Shown: positions 10,261 to 18,934, counted from the stretch's first letter. The stretch: 64,000 nt of DNA from Promethearchaeota archaeon (GCA_048937405.1 JBHLNF010000015.1:661-64660); one strand, 5' to 3'. Program-made: numbers and translations. Notes: a model not told the origin generated them from the sequence alone.

Positions 10261-11018
10261 TTATAATAACCCTTTAAAAAATCTCTTCTTTAATTTTCAT
10301 AATTATTTTTGCACATTTAAATGTTTGCGTTTTGAGGATTTATCCGTTAATAATAAACACTGATTTGGATTTTTGAATTTTAAATAAAATTGAATAAATT
10401 TAATAAGTTCTTTCTTTCTTCTAATATAATGCGACATTATTATAGAATCTCTGGAAAATATTATTATATGTGTTTTTTTTGCTTCAAATGGTCAATAAGT
10501 GAGATAGGATTACGATTTTTCGGATATACTGATGGAAATTAAAGTTATTTTAAGTATTATTTCGATAAAAAATTATAAAAATCTTTTTTGTCGGAATGAT
10601 CCGAGATTATATGATGAAAGGAGATCAATTTAGAATATTTTCAAAAAACAAATTGAGCTATTATATTAAATAGCAAACTTTCAAATTACACAGAATATAG
10701 AATACGAATCTAAAACTTTAATATTTCAGAAAATCATATGGAGTATCAAAAAATAAGATTTTCTAAAAATTATTTTTCTAAGGTTGATCTCGCTTTAAAG
10801 ATGAGTTTAGCATAACAAATATGAAGATTTTGATCTGACTGAGTAAAAAAATACTGACCGAAAATTTTGAAAGTTTAGTGTTAAAAAAGAGAAAAAATAT
10901 GATTAAAATTATGTTATCGATAAATTTTTAATAAATTAGTATATAATTATTTTATAAGATTATGCAATGACTTTAATATTATTTTATTTATAAATCCCCA
11001 GAAGAAAGAGGAAATTAA

Positions 11019-11654
11019 ATGCCATTAGACCCGCAAACCGCTGTTTATAATTTAATGCAAGCTGATCCTCATATTATTGCTGTAGCTGTAATTAAAGGTA
11101 AAGAAATTATCTATTCAACAGATAATTGGGATATAAGTGCTGATGTTGATAGAGTAATATCAAGTTGGGTTGGTCAAAATGCTCAGTTTATAATGGTTTC
11201 AGGAGTAAAATATTCTGTACTTCAAATGGAAGCAGAAAGATTGGTTGCAATGTCTTATAAAGGTGATGGAAGCATTGTTGCAGCAAAAGATAATGAACAT
11301 AAATTAATTGCCTACTTAGATCCTGATGGTTATGCTTTAGGTGCCGCTATGGATGTTCAAAGAGCTGTAGGGACTATGAGTTCACAGGGGCCGTATATGG
11401 ACTCAAGCGCTCAAATGGGTCAATCAGGAACTCAGATGAGCGGGACTGCACCTACAGGGGCTGCTTTTTCACAAGGAGCTGGTCCAAGTATTGATTCTCA
11501 GCTTAAAGGTGAAATTCAATCTTTTTTAGACTGGGTTAAAGATAGTGAAGGATTAGCGGGTTATATTAATTATTATCTTCAACAAAATAATTCTCAAATA
11601 ATTTCTGAATTATCAAAAATATATAATGAGTTAAGGCAAATCTTTGGAGTTTAA
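11019..11654 (+). CDS. Profilin-like protein (Asgard-type) with a low-complexity and helical C-terminal extension
   Basis: 211 aa. ATG is preceded by a GAGG-containing purine tract. Residues 1-120 (..AVAVIKGKEIIYSTDNWDISADV..IMVSGVKYSVLQMEAERLVAMSY..KLIAYLDPDGYALGAAMDVQRAV) resemble my recollection of the block pattern of published Asgard profilins. Then comes an S/G/Q/M-rich segment and a helical tail. Confidence 0.65.
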   Translation: MPLDPQTAVYNLMQADPHIIAVAVIKGKEIIYSTDNWDISADVDRVISSWVGQNAQFIMVSGVKYSVLQMEAERLVAMSYKGDGSIVAAKDNEHKLIAYLDPDGYALGAAMDVQRAVGTMSSQGPYMDSSAQMGQSGTQMSGTAPTGAAFSQGAGPSIDSQLKGEIQSFLDWVKDSEGLAGYINYYLQQNNSQIISELSKIYNELRQIFGV

Positions 11655-11775
11655 AGAATTGGTATCCTAGTCATTTAACAATACTGTTCATAAGCATGTA
11701 ATAGATATTTTCTTATTATCGTATGTAGAAATAATTTGTTTGAATTCAAAATATATAAATTTTTTATTATTTTAG

Positions 11776-12318
11776 ATGATCTTAAGAATTAGATTCTTAA
11801 TAAATCTAATAATTGTGAGATTTTTGGCTAAAAAAGATAAAAATCAGAATAAAAAGAATTCTTCAATTAAAAAGGAGATAGATAAGAGGGATGGAAACAA
11901 AAAAGACAGAAAAGATATTAAAGCAATTCCTTTGAATAAAGAACAAGAAAAAAAATTAGGATATTCAACAGATGAAGATCTGGAATTAGGGATACCAATT
12001 GTTCCCGAAGCTCCTAAGCAAAAGAATAAAATAACTTTGGATACTTTCAATTTATCCTCTGATGTATTAGAAAGAATGAAGAAGTATGAATCTCCCAATA
12101 TTAAGGTAGTATTAGTAAATTGTGAACGATGCAAAGCCATTATTCCTGTTCCCGTTCCTAAAAAAGCGGTAATAAATTCAGAATTACCAGTAGTTCCTAT
12201 TAGTTATGTTCACAGAAATCTACATAAAAAGGATCAACATTGTATAACAATTCATCTTGATCATGATTTTGATATTCGAAGACAGAGGATATCTGATGTG
12301 GTTATATCTCCAGATTAA
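11776..12318 (+). CDS. Hypothetical protein with a Lys-rich disordered N-terminus and a Cys/His-containing C-terminal domain
   Basis: 180 aa. C-terminus reads VVLVNCERCKAIIPVPVPKKAV..PISYVHRNLHKKDQHCITIHLDHDFDIRRQRI. Co-oriented 121 bp downstream of the profilin-like gene. Start uncertain. Confidence 0.4.
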   Translation: MILRIRFLINLIIVRFLAKKDKNQNKKNSSIKKEIDKRDGNKKDRKDIKAIPLNKEQEKKLGYSTDEDLELGIPIVPEAPKQKNKITLDTFNLSSDVLERMKKYESPNIKVVLVNCERCKAIIPVPVPKKAVINSELPVVPISYVHRNLHKKDQHCITIHLDHDFDIRRQRISDVVISPD

Positions 12319-12332
12319 AATTTCTGAAAATT

Positions 12333-12560
12333 TCATAAGAAAAGATTTACCAGAAAAATAATTAATAAAGGAAAAATACATAGACAGCATAAAAATCCAT
12401 ACCAACTTTGTTTCCAATTGATATAGGTATTAGGATTCAAAATTACTTGGCAATTTGGGCATAATTTTGGTTTTTGATCATCAACTTGAAATCCACAATT
12501 ATAACAAATAAGAACGTCATTATTAGTTTTTTCGTAATTTTTAGCCTTGATTGTTGACAC
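12333..12560 (-). CDS. Small zinc-ribbon membrane protein
   Basis: 75 aa, GTG start. CYNCGFQVDDQKPKLCPNCQ zinc ribbon followed by a hydrophobic C-terminal helix (GFLCCLCIFPLLIIFLVNLFL). Confidence 0.4.
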   Translation of the reverse strand: MSTIKAKNYEKTNNDVLICYNCGFQVDDQKPKLCPNCQVILNPNTYINWKQSWYGFLCCLCIFPLLIIFLVNLFL

Positions 12561-12719
12561 TTTAGAATTTCTTTTGAATTTTATTTAAAATAATACCAAA
12601 CTGGTAGAAGCAATTAAAATATAATTTTTAAATTTAATTAAACAATATAAGCATTGTCAAAACAAAAAAACTATGTTTAATTGCAAAACTAAATTCTAAA
12701 ATAATTTTTATTACTGAAA

Positions 12720-13079
12720 ATGAAAATTTTAGCTGAAGAAAGTAAAAAAATAGAGGATATCACAGTTTATCTGTGTTTATTTAAATTACACAAGAGTTTT
12801 CTTCTATTAATATCTGATCAACCAGAGATGGGAATAGGGAATGTTACTTTAGGAAGTCCACCTATTATAGAAGGGATGAGGGTACCAAAAGCATCATACA
12901 ATCTATTTGGGATGAATGAAAAATTGTTGAGCACAATCATTGTGGAAAGAGCCTCGAATACCCTTAAATCTCCAGTACTTCTCCTATTATTTTTAAAAGG
13001 CAAAAAAGATGATGCTGAACTAATAAAACCTTTAATTAAATTTATAAGTAAAGTTCTAAATAAAATATCTATAAAATAA
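12720..13079 (+). CDS. Hypothetical protein
   Basis: 119 aa, ATG start. Coding-like composition, no confidently recognised family. Confidence 0.4.
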   Translation: MKILAEESKKIEDITVYLCLFKLHKSFLLLISDQPEMGIGNVTLGSPPIIEGMRVPKASYNLFGMNEKLLSTIIVERASNTLKSPVLLLLFLKGKKDDAELIKPLIKFISKVLNKISIK

Positions 13080-13085
13080 AAAGAA

Positions 13086-13277
13086 TGCAGGGAGTGGGAT
13101 TTTTGAAAACTCCTTTTCAAGTCGTTTTTTTCGAACCCACGAAGAGCTATCTCACCGGATATCTCATTAATCATTGCCTTAATCAACGGGTAAAATATTG
13201 ATTAGATCTTGAGTTCGTTTATTGGAAATTTTGTTCCAAAAAAGTCCGGCACCGTTGACCAGCTTGGTTATCCCTGC
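13086..13277 (-). tRNA. tRNA-Leu (probably anticodon CAA), 192 nt, interrupted by a T-loop intron plus one or two introns around the anticodon loop
   Basis: - Acceptor: minus strand 5' GCAGGGA ... TCCCTGC + A73.
- D-arm: TA ACCAAGCTGGTCAACGGT, archaeal Leu-like.
- Anticodon stem: CCGGA ... TCCGG, separated by 85 nt.
- Anticodon loop: the heptamer CTCAAGA (plus-strand 13207..13213) is a perfect Leu-CAA loop with G37.
- Variable arm: long, T GAGA TAGC TCTT C (type II tRNA).
- T-arm: GTGGG TTCGAA[~30 nt with hairpin TTGAAAA/TTTTCAA]T CCCAC.
- An oligo-T tract follows the 3' end. Confidence 0.65.
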
Positions 13278-13396
13278 CTGAAAAATTGTTAAATAGTTCA
13301 TATTTTCATAAAATGAAATTATATTATTAATTTTTTCAAAAAAAAGATCAGAGAAAATCTAAAATATAAAAAATTCTAATTCAGTTTTAAAATTTA

Positions 13397-13636
13397 TTAT
13401 CCTCCAAACATAGGAAGTACTACCATCATTAGCATCATTACTACTAACATAACTATTAAAAAAGCACATTGTATTCTCCCTTTTTTTTTTTGCTTTCTTT
13501 CCTGGTTAAGATAGTTATCTCTGCATGCTTGACTACAAAATTTTTTATCTGTTGACATAGCCTTACCACATATAGGGCAATGGCTATGAGGCCCCCATTT
13601 CTTTTTTATTTGATCTTTCCATGAAGATTGAGACAT
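13397..13636 (-). CDS. DUF2116-like zinc-ribbon protein with a C-terminal TM helix
   Basis: PHSHCPICGKAMSTDKKFCSQACRDNY matches the DUF2116 pattern (HKHC.xCG...FCS..C). Hydrophobic tail. I prefer the ATG at 13636 to the track's TTG at 13684. Confidence 0.5.
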   Translation of the reverse strand: MSQSSWKDQIKKKWGPHSHCPICGKAMSTDKKFCSQACRDNYLNQERKQKKKGRIQCAFLIVMLVVMMLMMVVLPMFGG

Positions 13637-13707
13637 TTTTAAACTATTTTTAAAATATATTTTATTAGGATAATTAAATATCAAAGATTAAAATATTTTA
13701 TTAAATA

Positions 13708-14418
13708 TTATCTGTGAGAAATAAGAGAGCACTTAATATCTTTTTCTCCTTTCCAATATTTTTCAAATTCTTTTAGATCCTTTCCAGACATAACTCTGAT
13801 TTTGATCCTACTTCGTTTTAATATTTGTAGAGAAACGGCATCAAATATTCGATATTCTCCCGCTGCTGCTTGTTTATCTCCAGAGGATTTAATAATAATT
13901 TCTTGTAAGTCTGCATACGTCAAGTTTTTCAAGAGCTTAGCATCATTATATTTTTTTGGATCTTTATCATAAATCCCTTCTACATCTGTGAGAATCACTA
14001 ATTCTTCTGCATTTATGAATTCTGATACTTCAACTGCAACAGAAGTTGTTGATTGTCCTGGTTGTAGTCCTCCCATGATAACAATCTTTCCAAAAAGTAA
14101 TGCTAATGAAAGTTCTTCCATTGATTTTGGAACTATAGGATAAGCATAATCTTGAAATGAAGATATTAATAGTTTTGAATTTATTCGAGATAGTTCTATT
14201 CCAAAAATATCACATAATGCTTCATTTCCTTGAAAAGATCTTACTGTATCTATATATACTCTAGCGATTTTCCCCCCACCACACACAATAACATGAGTTC
14301 CAGTGTATTCGATTTTTTTAAAGATTTGACAGAATCCTTGAATCCATGTTTTATCAAGTTCTTTATCCTTTGTAAATAATAATGAACCACCAATTTTAAT
14401 TACACTTTTTCCTTTCAT
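13708..14418 (-). CDS. pyrH: UMP kinase (archaeal type)
   Basis: Amino-acid-kinase fold: VIKIGGSLLF, VIVCGGGKIAR, GGLQPGQSTTSVAVEVSEF, ILTDVEGIYDKDPKKY. I chose the ATG at 14418 (MKGKSVIKIGGS) over the track's TTG at 14433. Confidence 0.85.
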   Translation of the reverse strand: MKGKSVIKIGGSLLFTKDKELDKTWIQGFCQIFKKIEYTGTHVIVCGGGKIARVYIDTVRSFQGNEALCDIFGIELSRINSKLLISSFQDYAYPIVPKSMEELSLALLFGKIVIMGGLQPGQSTTSVAVEVSEFINAEELVILTDVEGIYDKDPKKYNDAKLLKNLTYADLQEIIIKSSGDKQAAAGEYRIFDAVSLQILKRSRIKIRVMSGKDLKEFEKYWKGEKDIKCSLISHR

Positions 14419-14478
14419 AAACTTTTCATTCAATTTATCTTTTTAATAATATATAGTTGGTTAGATAAATTAAATTTC

Positions 14479-15459
14479 ATGAGATTTATGTCTGAAGGTA
14501 AGAAAGTAGTAATTGTAAAAGTACCACATAGAATATCTGGATTCTTTGAAATAGTTGATACAATTGATGGTATTAAAATTAGAGATCCAGAAAAAGTAGG
14601 ATCAAGAGGTGCCGGTTTTTGTGTTAATGATTTAGGAACTACGGAGATAAATGTCCAAGATTTTGATAAAAATAGTGAGCTTGAGGTTGAAATTTATATT
14701 AATGGTAAAAAGTTGAATCAAGGTGCTGAAACCACATATTTTATTGTTGATTACTTAAAAAAATATATCAAAAAATCCTGTAAAATAAGAATTAATCATT
14801 TTTTTGATTTACCTGTAGGATGTGGATTTGGTGCTAGTGGATCAGGTGCTTTAGGTACTATTTTTGGTTTAGACTATTTATTTAACTTAAAACTATCTTT
14901 TCAAGAAAAAGGAAAAATAGCTCATATATCAGAAGTTGTAAATCATACAGGTTTAGGAACTGTATGTGGACAATTAGGTGGTGGAATCGGGATTTTAAAA
15001 GAACCAGGATATCCATGTATATATGACAAAATAAAAGTTCCAAAAGGATTAAAGATAATTTGTGGCTCATTTGGAATGATTCATACAAAATCTATCTTAA
15101 CAGATCCTATTTTGAGTCAAAAAATAAAAGAAGCAGGAAAAGAAGCACTAAAAAAGTTAGTTATAGAACCAAATATTAAAGTCTTTATTAATGAATCTAT
15201 TGAATTTGTAAAAAAAACCGAAATCCTTGAGATTCTTGAATTATTTAAAGTTCAAGAACTAATGGATAATTTAAATAAATTAAATATTCTAGGGGCTAGT
15301 ATGAACCAATTGGGACGTTCAGTTTATGCAATATGCCGAAAAGATGATGAAATGGATGTAATAGATACTTTTGAATCGTATAAACCAAACATAAAAATAT
15401 ATTACACAACTTTTCATGAGGGAAAATCTATCTCAATAGAGAAAACGAGAATAATTTAA
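14479..15459 (+). CDS. GHMP-superfamily kinase, archaeal pantoate kinase-like
   Basis: 326 aa. N-terminal VPHRISGFFEIVD and GHMP motif II DLPVGCGFGASGSGALG. Pantoate kinase assignment is by resemblance only. Confidence 0.55.
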   Translation: MRFMSEGKKVVIVKVPHRISGFFEIVDTIDGIKIRDPEKVGSRGAGFCVNDLGTTEINVQDFDKNSELEVEIYINGKKLNQGAETTYFIVDYLKKYIKKSCKIRINHFFDLPVGCGFGASGSGALGTIFGLDYLFNLKLSFQEKGKIAHISEVVNHTGLGTVCGQLGGGIGILKEPGYPCIYDKIKVPKGLKIICGSFGMIHTKSILTDPILSQKIKEAGKEALKKLVIEPNIKVFINESIEFVKKTEILEILELFKVQELMDNLNKLNILGASMNQLGRSVYAICRKDDEMDVIDTFESYKPNIKIYYTTFHEGKSISIEKTRII

Positions 15460-15475
15460 AAAAGAATATAAACTA

Positions 15476-16291
15476 TTATTTTGAAGAATTTAAAGAGGCT
15501 GATTTAATCGTAGCAGCTTCTACGGCTCTAATTAATGTTGCTCTTAATTTTGCTGATTCAAGTTCGTGAATTGCAGTAATTGTTGTACCCCCTGGTGTAG
15601 CAACCATGTCTTTCAATTCTCCTGGATGTTTTTTCGTTTCTAATAATAATTTTGCTGCTCCTAAGACCGTTTGAGCTGCTAATTTTTGAGCAATATCTCG
15701 CGGTAATCCCATTTTTACTCCTCCGTCAGCAAGAGCTTCAATTATAATAAAAATATACGCAGGACCACTTCCAGATAATCCAGTTACCGCGTCTATATGC
15801 TTTTCTTCAACTTCAACAACCATACCTACTGCATTAAAAATATCCCTCACATATGCTAATTCTTCTTCAGTTACATTATCATTATGGGCGATTGCTGTAG
15901 CAGCAGCTCCTATGAGGGCAGGAATATTCGTCATGATCCTTATTACACTCATACGCTCATCGATGAATTTTTTTATGTGATTCAACGAAATCCCTGCTGC
16001 TATTGAAATAAGAGTTTGTTCTTCCGTTAATACGGGACTTATTTCCTGTAAAACCTTATCGATTACTTGTGGAATAACTGCAATTAAAATATATTGAGAA
16101 GTTTTAACTAATTCTATATTATTTTTCGCGATATCAATGTTAAATTCAAGTGCTCGATCTTTAAGTCGATTTTCATCAATATCATAAATTATAATATTAT
16201 TTTCCTTTACAGTGTTCGTAGAGATTAATCTTTTTAAAAGAGTAGATCCTATTTTTCCAGTTCCTATTATTCCTATTTCCTTATCATACAT
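15476..16291 (-). CDS. proC: Pyrroline-5-carboxylate reductase
   Basis: 271 aa. Rossmann IGIIGTGKIGSTL. C-terminal signature GSGPAYIFIIIEALADGGVKMGLPRDIAQKLAAQTVLGAAKLL...PGELKDMVATPGGTTI. Confidence 0.9.
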   Translation of the reverse strand: MYDKEIGIIGTGKIGSTLLKRLISTNTVKENNIIIYDIDENRLKDRALEFNIDIAKNNIELVKTSQYILIAVIPQVIDKVLQEISPVLTEEQTLISIAAGISLNHIKKFIDERMSVIRIMTNIPALIGAAATAIAHNDNVTEEELAYVRDIFNAVGMVVEVEEKHIDAVTGLSGSGPAYIFIIIEALADGGVKMGLPRDIAQKLAAQTVLGAAKLLLETKKHPGELKDMVATPGGTTITAIHELESAKLRATLIRAVEAATIKSASLNSSK

Positions 16292-16420
16292 ATCACTAGA
16301 CTATATTAATAACCAAAAGAAGTTTATCATTTTTTTTGAAAAAATTATTTGAAATTTAAGATTAAAAGATTAATCAATTGAAATTTTTCATCCTTTAATT
16401 TTTACAGAAGAATTATATTT

Positions 16421-17179
16421 TCAGAGATCCTTGATATAATCTGCTTGTTTTTCATATAATTCAGTTTTTAAATCTTCAATTAAATCTGATTTAATTGATC
16501 CATTATTTCTGTCATATCCTTCACATACAACTGATCTTACACCTATTATATCTGGTGAAATATTTATTAAATGGGGAATATCTTTTTTCTTTAAATTTCC
16601 AGCGAGTGCTACGTCTATATCTAAATCTTTTGCCACATTTTTAAACTTAATTAGTTGTTCTACTGTTAAAAAATCAAATAATCCAAATTTATCTTTTATG
16701 AACGTATCAAGCATAGCAATATCACAACCGGATTCTGATGCTATGATCGGGATACTCATAAACTCAGGTGATGAGCTCATTCTTACACGATCCGCATATC
16801 CTGCTGAAACAATTTTAATTTGATTATTATAGTCTTTTACAGATTTAACAACTTTTTTCATTAGTTTTATCGCCGTTTTCTCGTCTTGAGGTCCTTTCAA
16901 TCCAACTTTTATTATATCTGCCCCAGAAAACGCCGCTCCTAAAGCTGCTAGTGAAGCTGAACCAGGAAGATTTGGGAAATCGCCAATTGTTGCGCTTAAT
17001 AACTGAGGACTATTGGAAGGAATTAATTTTTTCATTTCTTTAATGATCCAAGGAAAATTTGCCCCTAATGAACCCTCTTCTGGATTTTTACAATCAATAT
17101 ATGGTATATGATTATCTATAACAATTTTTGCTTCTTCAATCGTTCTAGGGCTAATTAAAAGCTTGATTTTATGGGTCAT
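16421..17179 (-). CDS. mfnB: MfnB-like (UPF0264 / (5-formylfuran-3-yl)methyl phosphate synthase family)
   Basis: 252 aa. LLISPRTIEEAKIVIDNHIPYIDCKNPEEGSLGANFPWIIKE closely matches the family N-terminus as I recall it (..DVKNPKEGSLGANFPW..). Confidence 0.65.
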   Translation of the reverse strand: MTHKIKLLISPRTIEEAKIVIDNHIPYIDCKNPEEGSLGANFPWIIKEMKKLIPSNSPQLLSATIGDFPNLPGSASLAALGAAFSGADIIKVGLKGPQDEKTAIKLMKKVVKSVKDYNNQIKIVSAGYADRVRMSSSPEFMSIPIIASESGCDIAMLDTFIKDKFGLFDFLTVEQLIKFKNVAKDLDIDVALAGNLKKKDIPHLINISPDIIGVRSVVCEGYDRNNGSIKSDLIEDLKTELYEKQADYIKDL

Positions 17180-17442
17180 AGTCCATCATATATAATATAT
17201 AATTATTAAAAAACTTATTTAGGATTTATATTCATAAATTTTATTCAATTTGATTATTTAATGAAACTACTTCATTATTTCCAATTTAACTTTAAAATTA
17301 TTAATTTAAAATACAGATATTTTAATTTTTAAATTCATAGTAAGAACAAGTAAATTCAAAACATTTATTTTTGTTTAATTTTATATTAAAATTTAAATTA
17401 AATCATTATTATTAAATATAAAAAATAAATCAGGATTAAATT

Positions 17443-17970
17443 ATGTCACCTAAAGAAATTACAAAAGTGGACCTTACTGAGGAAGTATTTAAAGAACCAA
17501 TAGAGGTTGTTAAACAGCTATCTGGAAATTTAGGATTGAAATATACTAAAGTTATACAAACTTATGTAATGGAAGATAGAAGGCTTAACTTATCACTAGA
17601 GGATAAAGGATCCAGTTATTTTAAAGGCAAGGTTGTTTGGATCGGTAATAAAAAAGATGATACAGAGGGAACAGTATTTTGTGTCGATACAAGAGATGAA
17701 TTAAAAAAAATAAATCCCAATGCAGAAAACACCGAACAAGTAACACTTGATATAAAAAAAGAAATAATTAAAATATCTACTGCATCAAAAACAAAATGTT
17801 CTGTATGTGGCAAAAATATCGAAATTTTTGATGAAGTAACAGGCTGTCCTATGTGTGAGGCAAAAGCACATAAAGAACATTTAACGGACTGGGTCAGAAT
17901 GAAACATACTTGTCCAGTTTGTAAGAAATCTCTAAACGTATCGAGTACCGGTGTAATTTTTATTGATTAA
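17443..17970 (+). CDS. RING-H2-like zinc-finger protein
   Basis: 175 aa. The C-terminus CSVCGKNIEIFDEVTGCPMCEAKAHKEHLTDWVRMKHTCPVCKK gives C-x2-C-x12-C-x2-C-x4-H-x2-H-x10-C-x2-C. That is eight cross-brace ligands, with the conserved Trp three residues after the second His. Confidence 0.55.
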   Translation: MSPKEITKVDLTEEVFKEPIEVVKQLSGNLGLKYTKVIQTYVMEDRRLNLSLEDKGSSYFKGKVVWIGNKKDDTEGTVFCVDTRDELKKINPNAENTEQVTLDIKKEIIKISTASKTKCSVCGKNIEIFDEVTGCPMCEAKAHKEHLTDWVRMKHTCPVCKKSLNVSSTGVIFID

Positions 17971-18718
17971 ATTCTTTAAATAAATCAAATGTTCTTAATT
18001 TTTCAATATCTATTGTTCCATCATATAAAGCTGTAGCTAATAACACCCCTGCAAAGTTATGTTTTCTAATCTCTAATATATTTTTAAGATTTTTAATTCC
18101 ACCACCCACAAAAACATTTCCGTTAAAATTGTGCAAGAGTTTTAGATATAATGGTGGAATCCCACCAAGTTTCTGGCCTACTCTATATAAATCTAAAAGA
18201 ATAATATTTCTAACACCCAAAGAATAAAATTTTTTTGTAAGTTTAATTGGATTTTGATTTTTTATATCTTTAGCATTGGATAAAATTTTTCCTTTATACA
18301 TATCAAAACTGATAATAATTTCATTCTGGTTTAGGATTTGTAAGCATTTAAAGACTTCTTTAAAATTTTTAATTGTTTCCAGTCCTAATATTAGTTTTTC
18401 AATTTCTAATTTTTGAAATTGATAAATATTCTTATGTTCAACAATTCCAGGGTCTAAAATCACTTTAATGCCAGAAATTTCTAAAATTTGTTCTAATATT
18501 TGAAAGTTAGGGGTTTTTTTTATTATGGAATCCAAATCTGCAATATAAAACAAATCAAAATGGTAATTATTTTTAAGTATTTTAATAATTTCAACTGGAT
18601 TTGATGAATTAAACAAATGTGATTTTAGTGGATGATAATCGGATCTTTCTCCCTTTTTAGCATGAACTGCTTTTGAATTTAAAATATCAATTACAGGTAT
18701 TATTTTAAATCTTTTCAT
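17960..18718 (-). CDS. HisA/HisF-family TIM-barrel protein
   Basis: 252 aa. IIPVIDILNSKAVHAKKG at the N-terminus and VFVGGGIKNLKNILEIRKHNFAGVLLATALYDG at the C-terminus match the (beta/alpha)8 phosphate-binding pattern of HisA/HisF. Confidence 0.6.
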   Translation of the reverse strand: MKRFKIIPVIDILNSKAVHAKKGERSDYHPLKSHLFNSSNPVEIIKILKNNYHFDLFYIADLDSIIKKTPNFQILEQILEISGIKVILDPGIVEHKNIYQFQKLEIEKLILGLETIKNFKEVFKCLQILNQNEIIISFDMYKGKILSNAKDIKNQNPIKLTKKFYSLGVRNIILLDLYRVGQKLGGIPPLYLKLLHNFNGNVFVGGGIKNLKNILEIRKHNFAGVLLATALYDGTIDIEKLRTFDLFKEFNQ

Positions 18719-18934
18719 TTATATCATTAGAAGATAATTAATAAGATTAATAAAAAGAATTTGAAAATTTTATATCTCTTATAGGAGTTTCAACTTATAT
18801 AAATTGATAAATTACCTTTATGGAATACTCTTTGATTTTAAAAGTGGAACTTTTTTTAATTACAATTAAATAATTTTTTTTTTAAATAATCCCTACTAAA
18901 ATATTTTTAAAACTCAAGTAATTTTTTTAGTGAA

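Noticed and set aside
10600-10860. C/D-box sRNA in the TFB-profilin intergenic region
   Set aside because: ATGATGA (C-box-like) and CTGA (D-box-like) strings exist. They are not arranged at the 50-70-nt spacing with terminal pairing expected of C/D sRNAs. Such short strings are expected by chance.
12720-13079. PAC3/PAC4-like proteasome assembly chaperone assignment for the 119-aa ORF
   Set aside because: The resemblance (FLLLISDQ..., NLFG...) is only impressionistic and I could not identify a diagnostic motif. I left it as hypothetical.
12818-13186. Track ORF 12818..13186 (-)
   Set aside because: It overlaps both the 12720..13079 plus-strand ORF and the 3' half of the tRNA-Leu gene. Its relatively G+C-rich end is explained by the tRNA exons.
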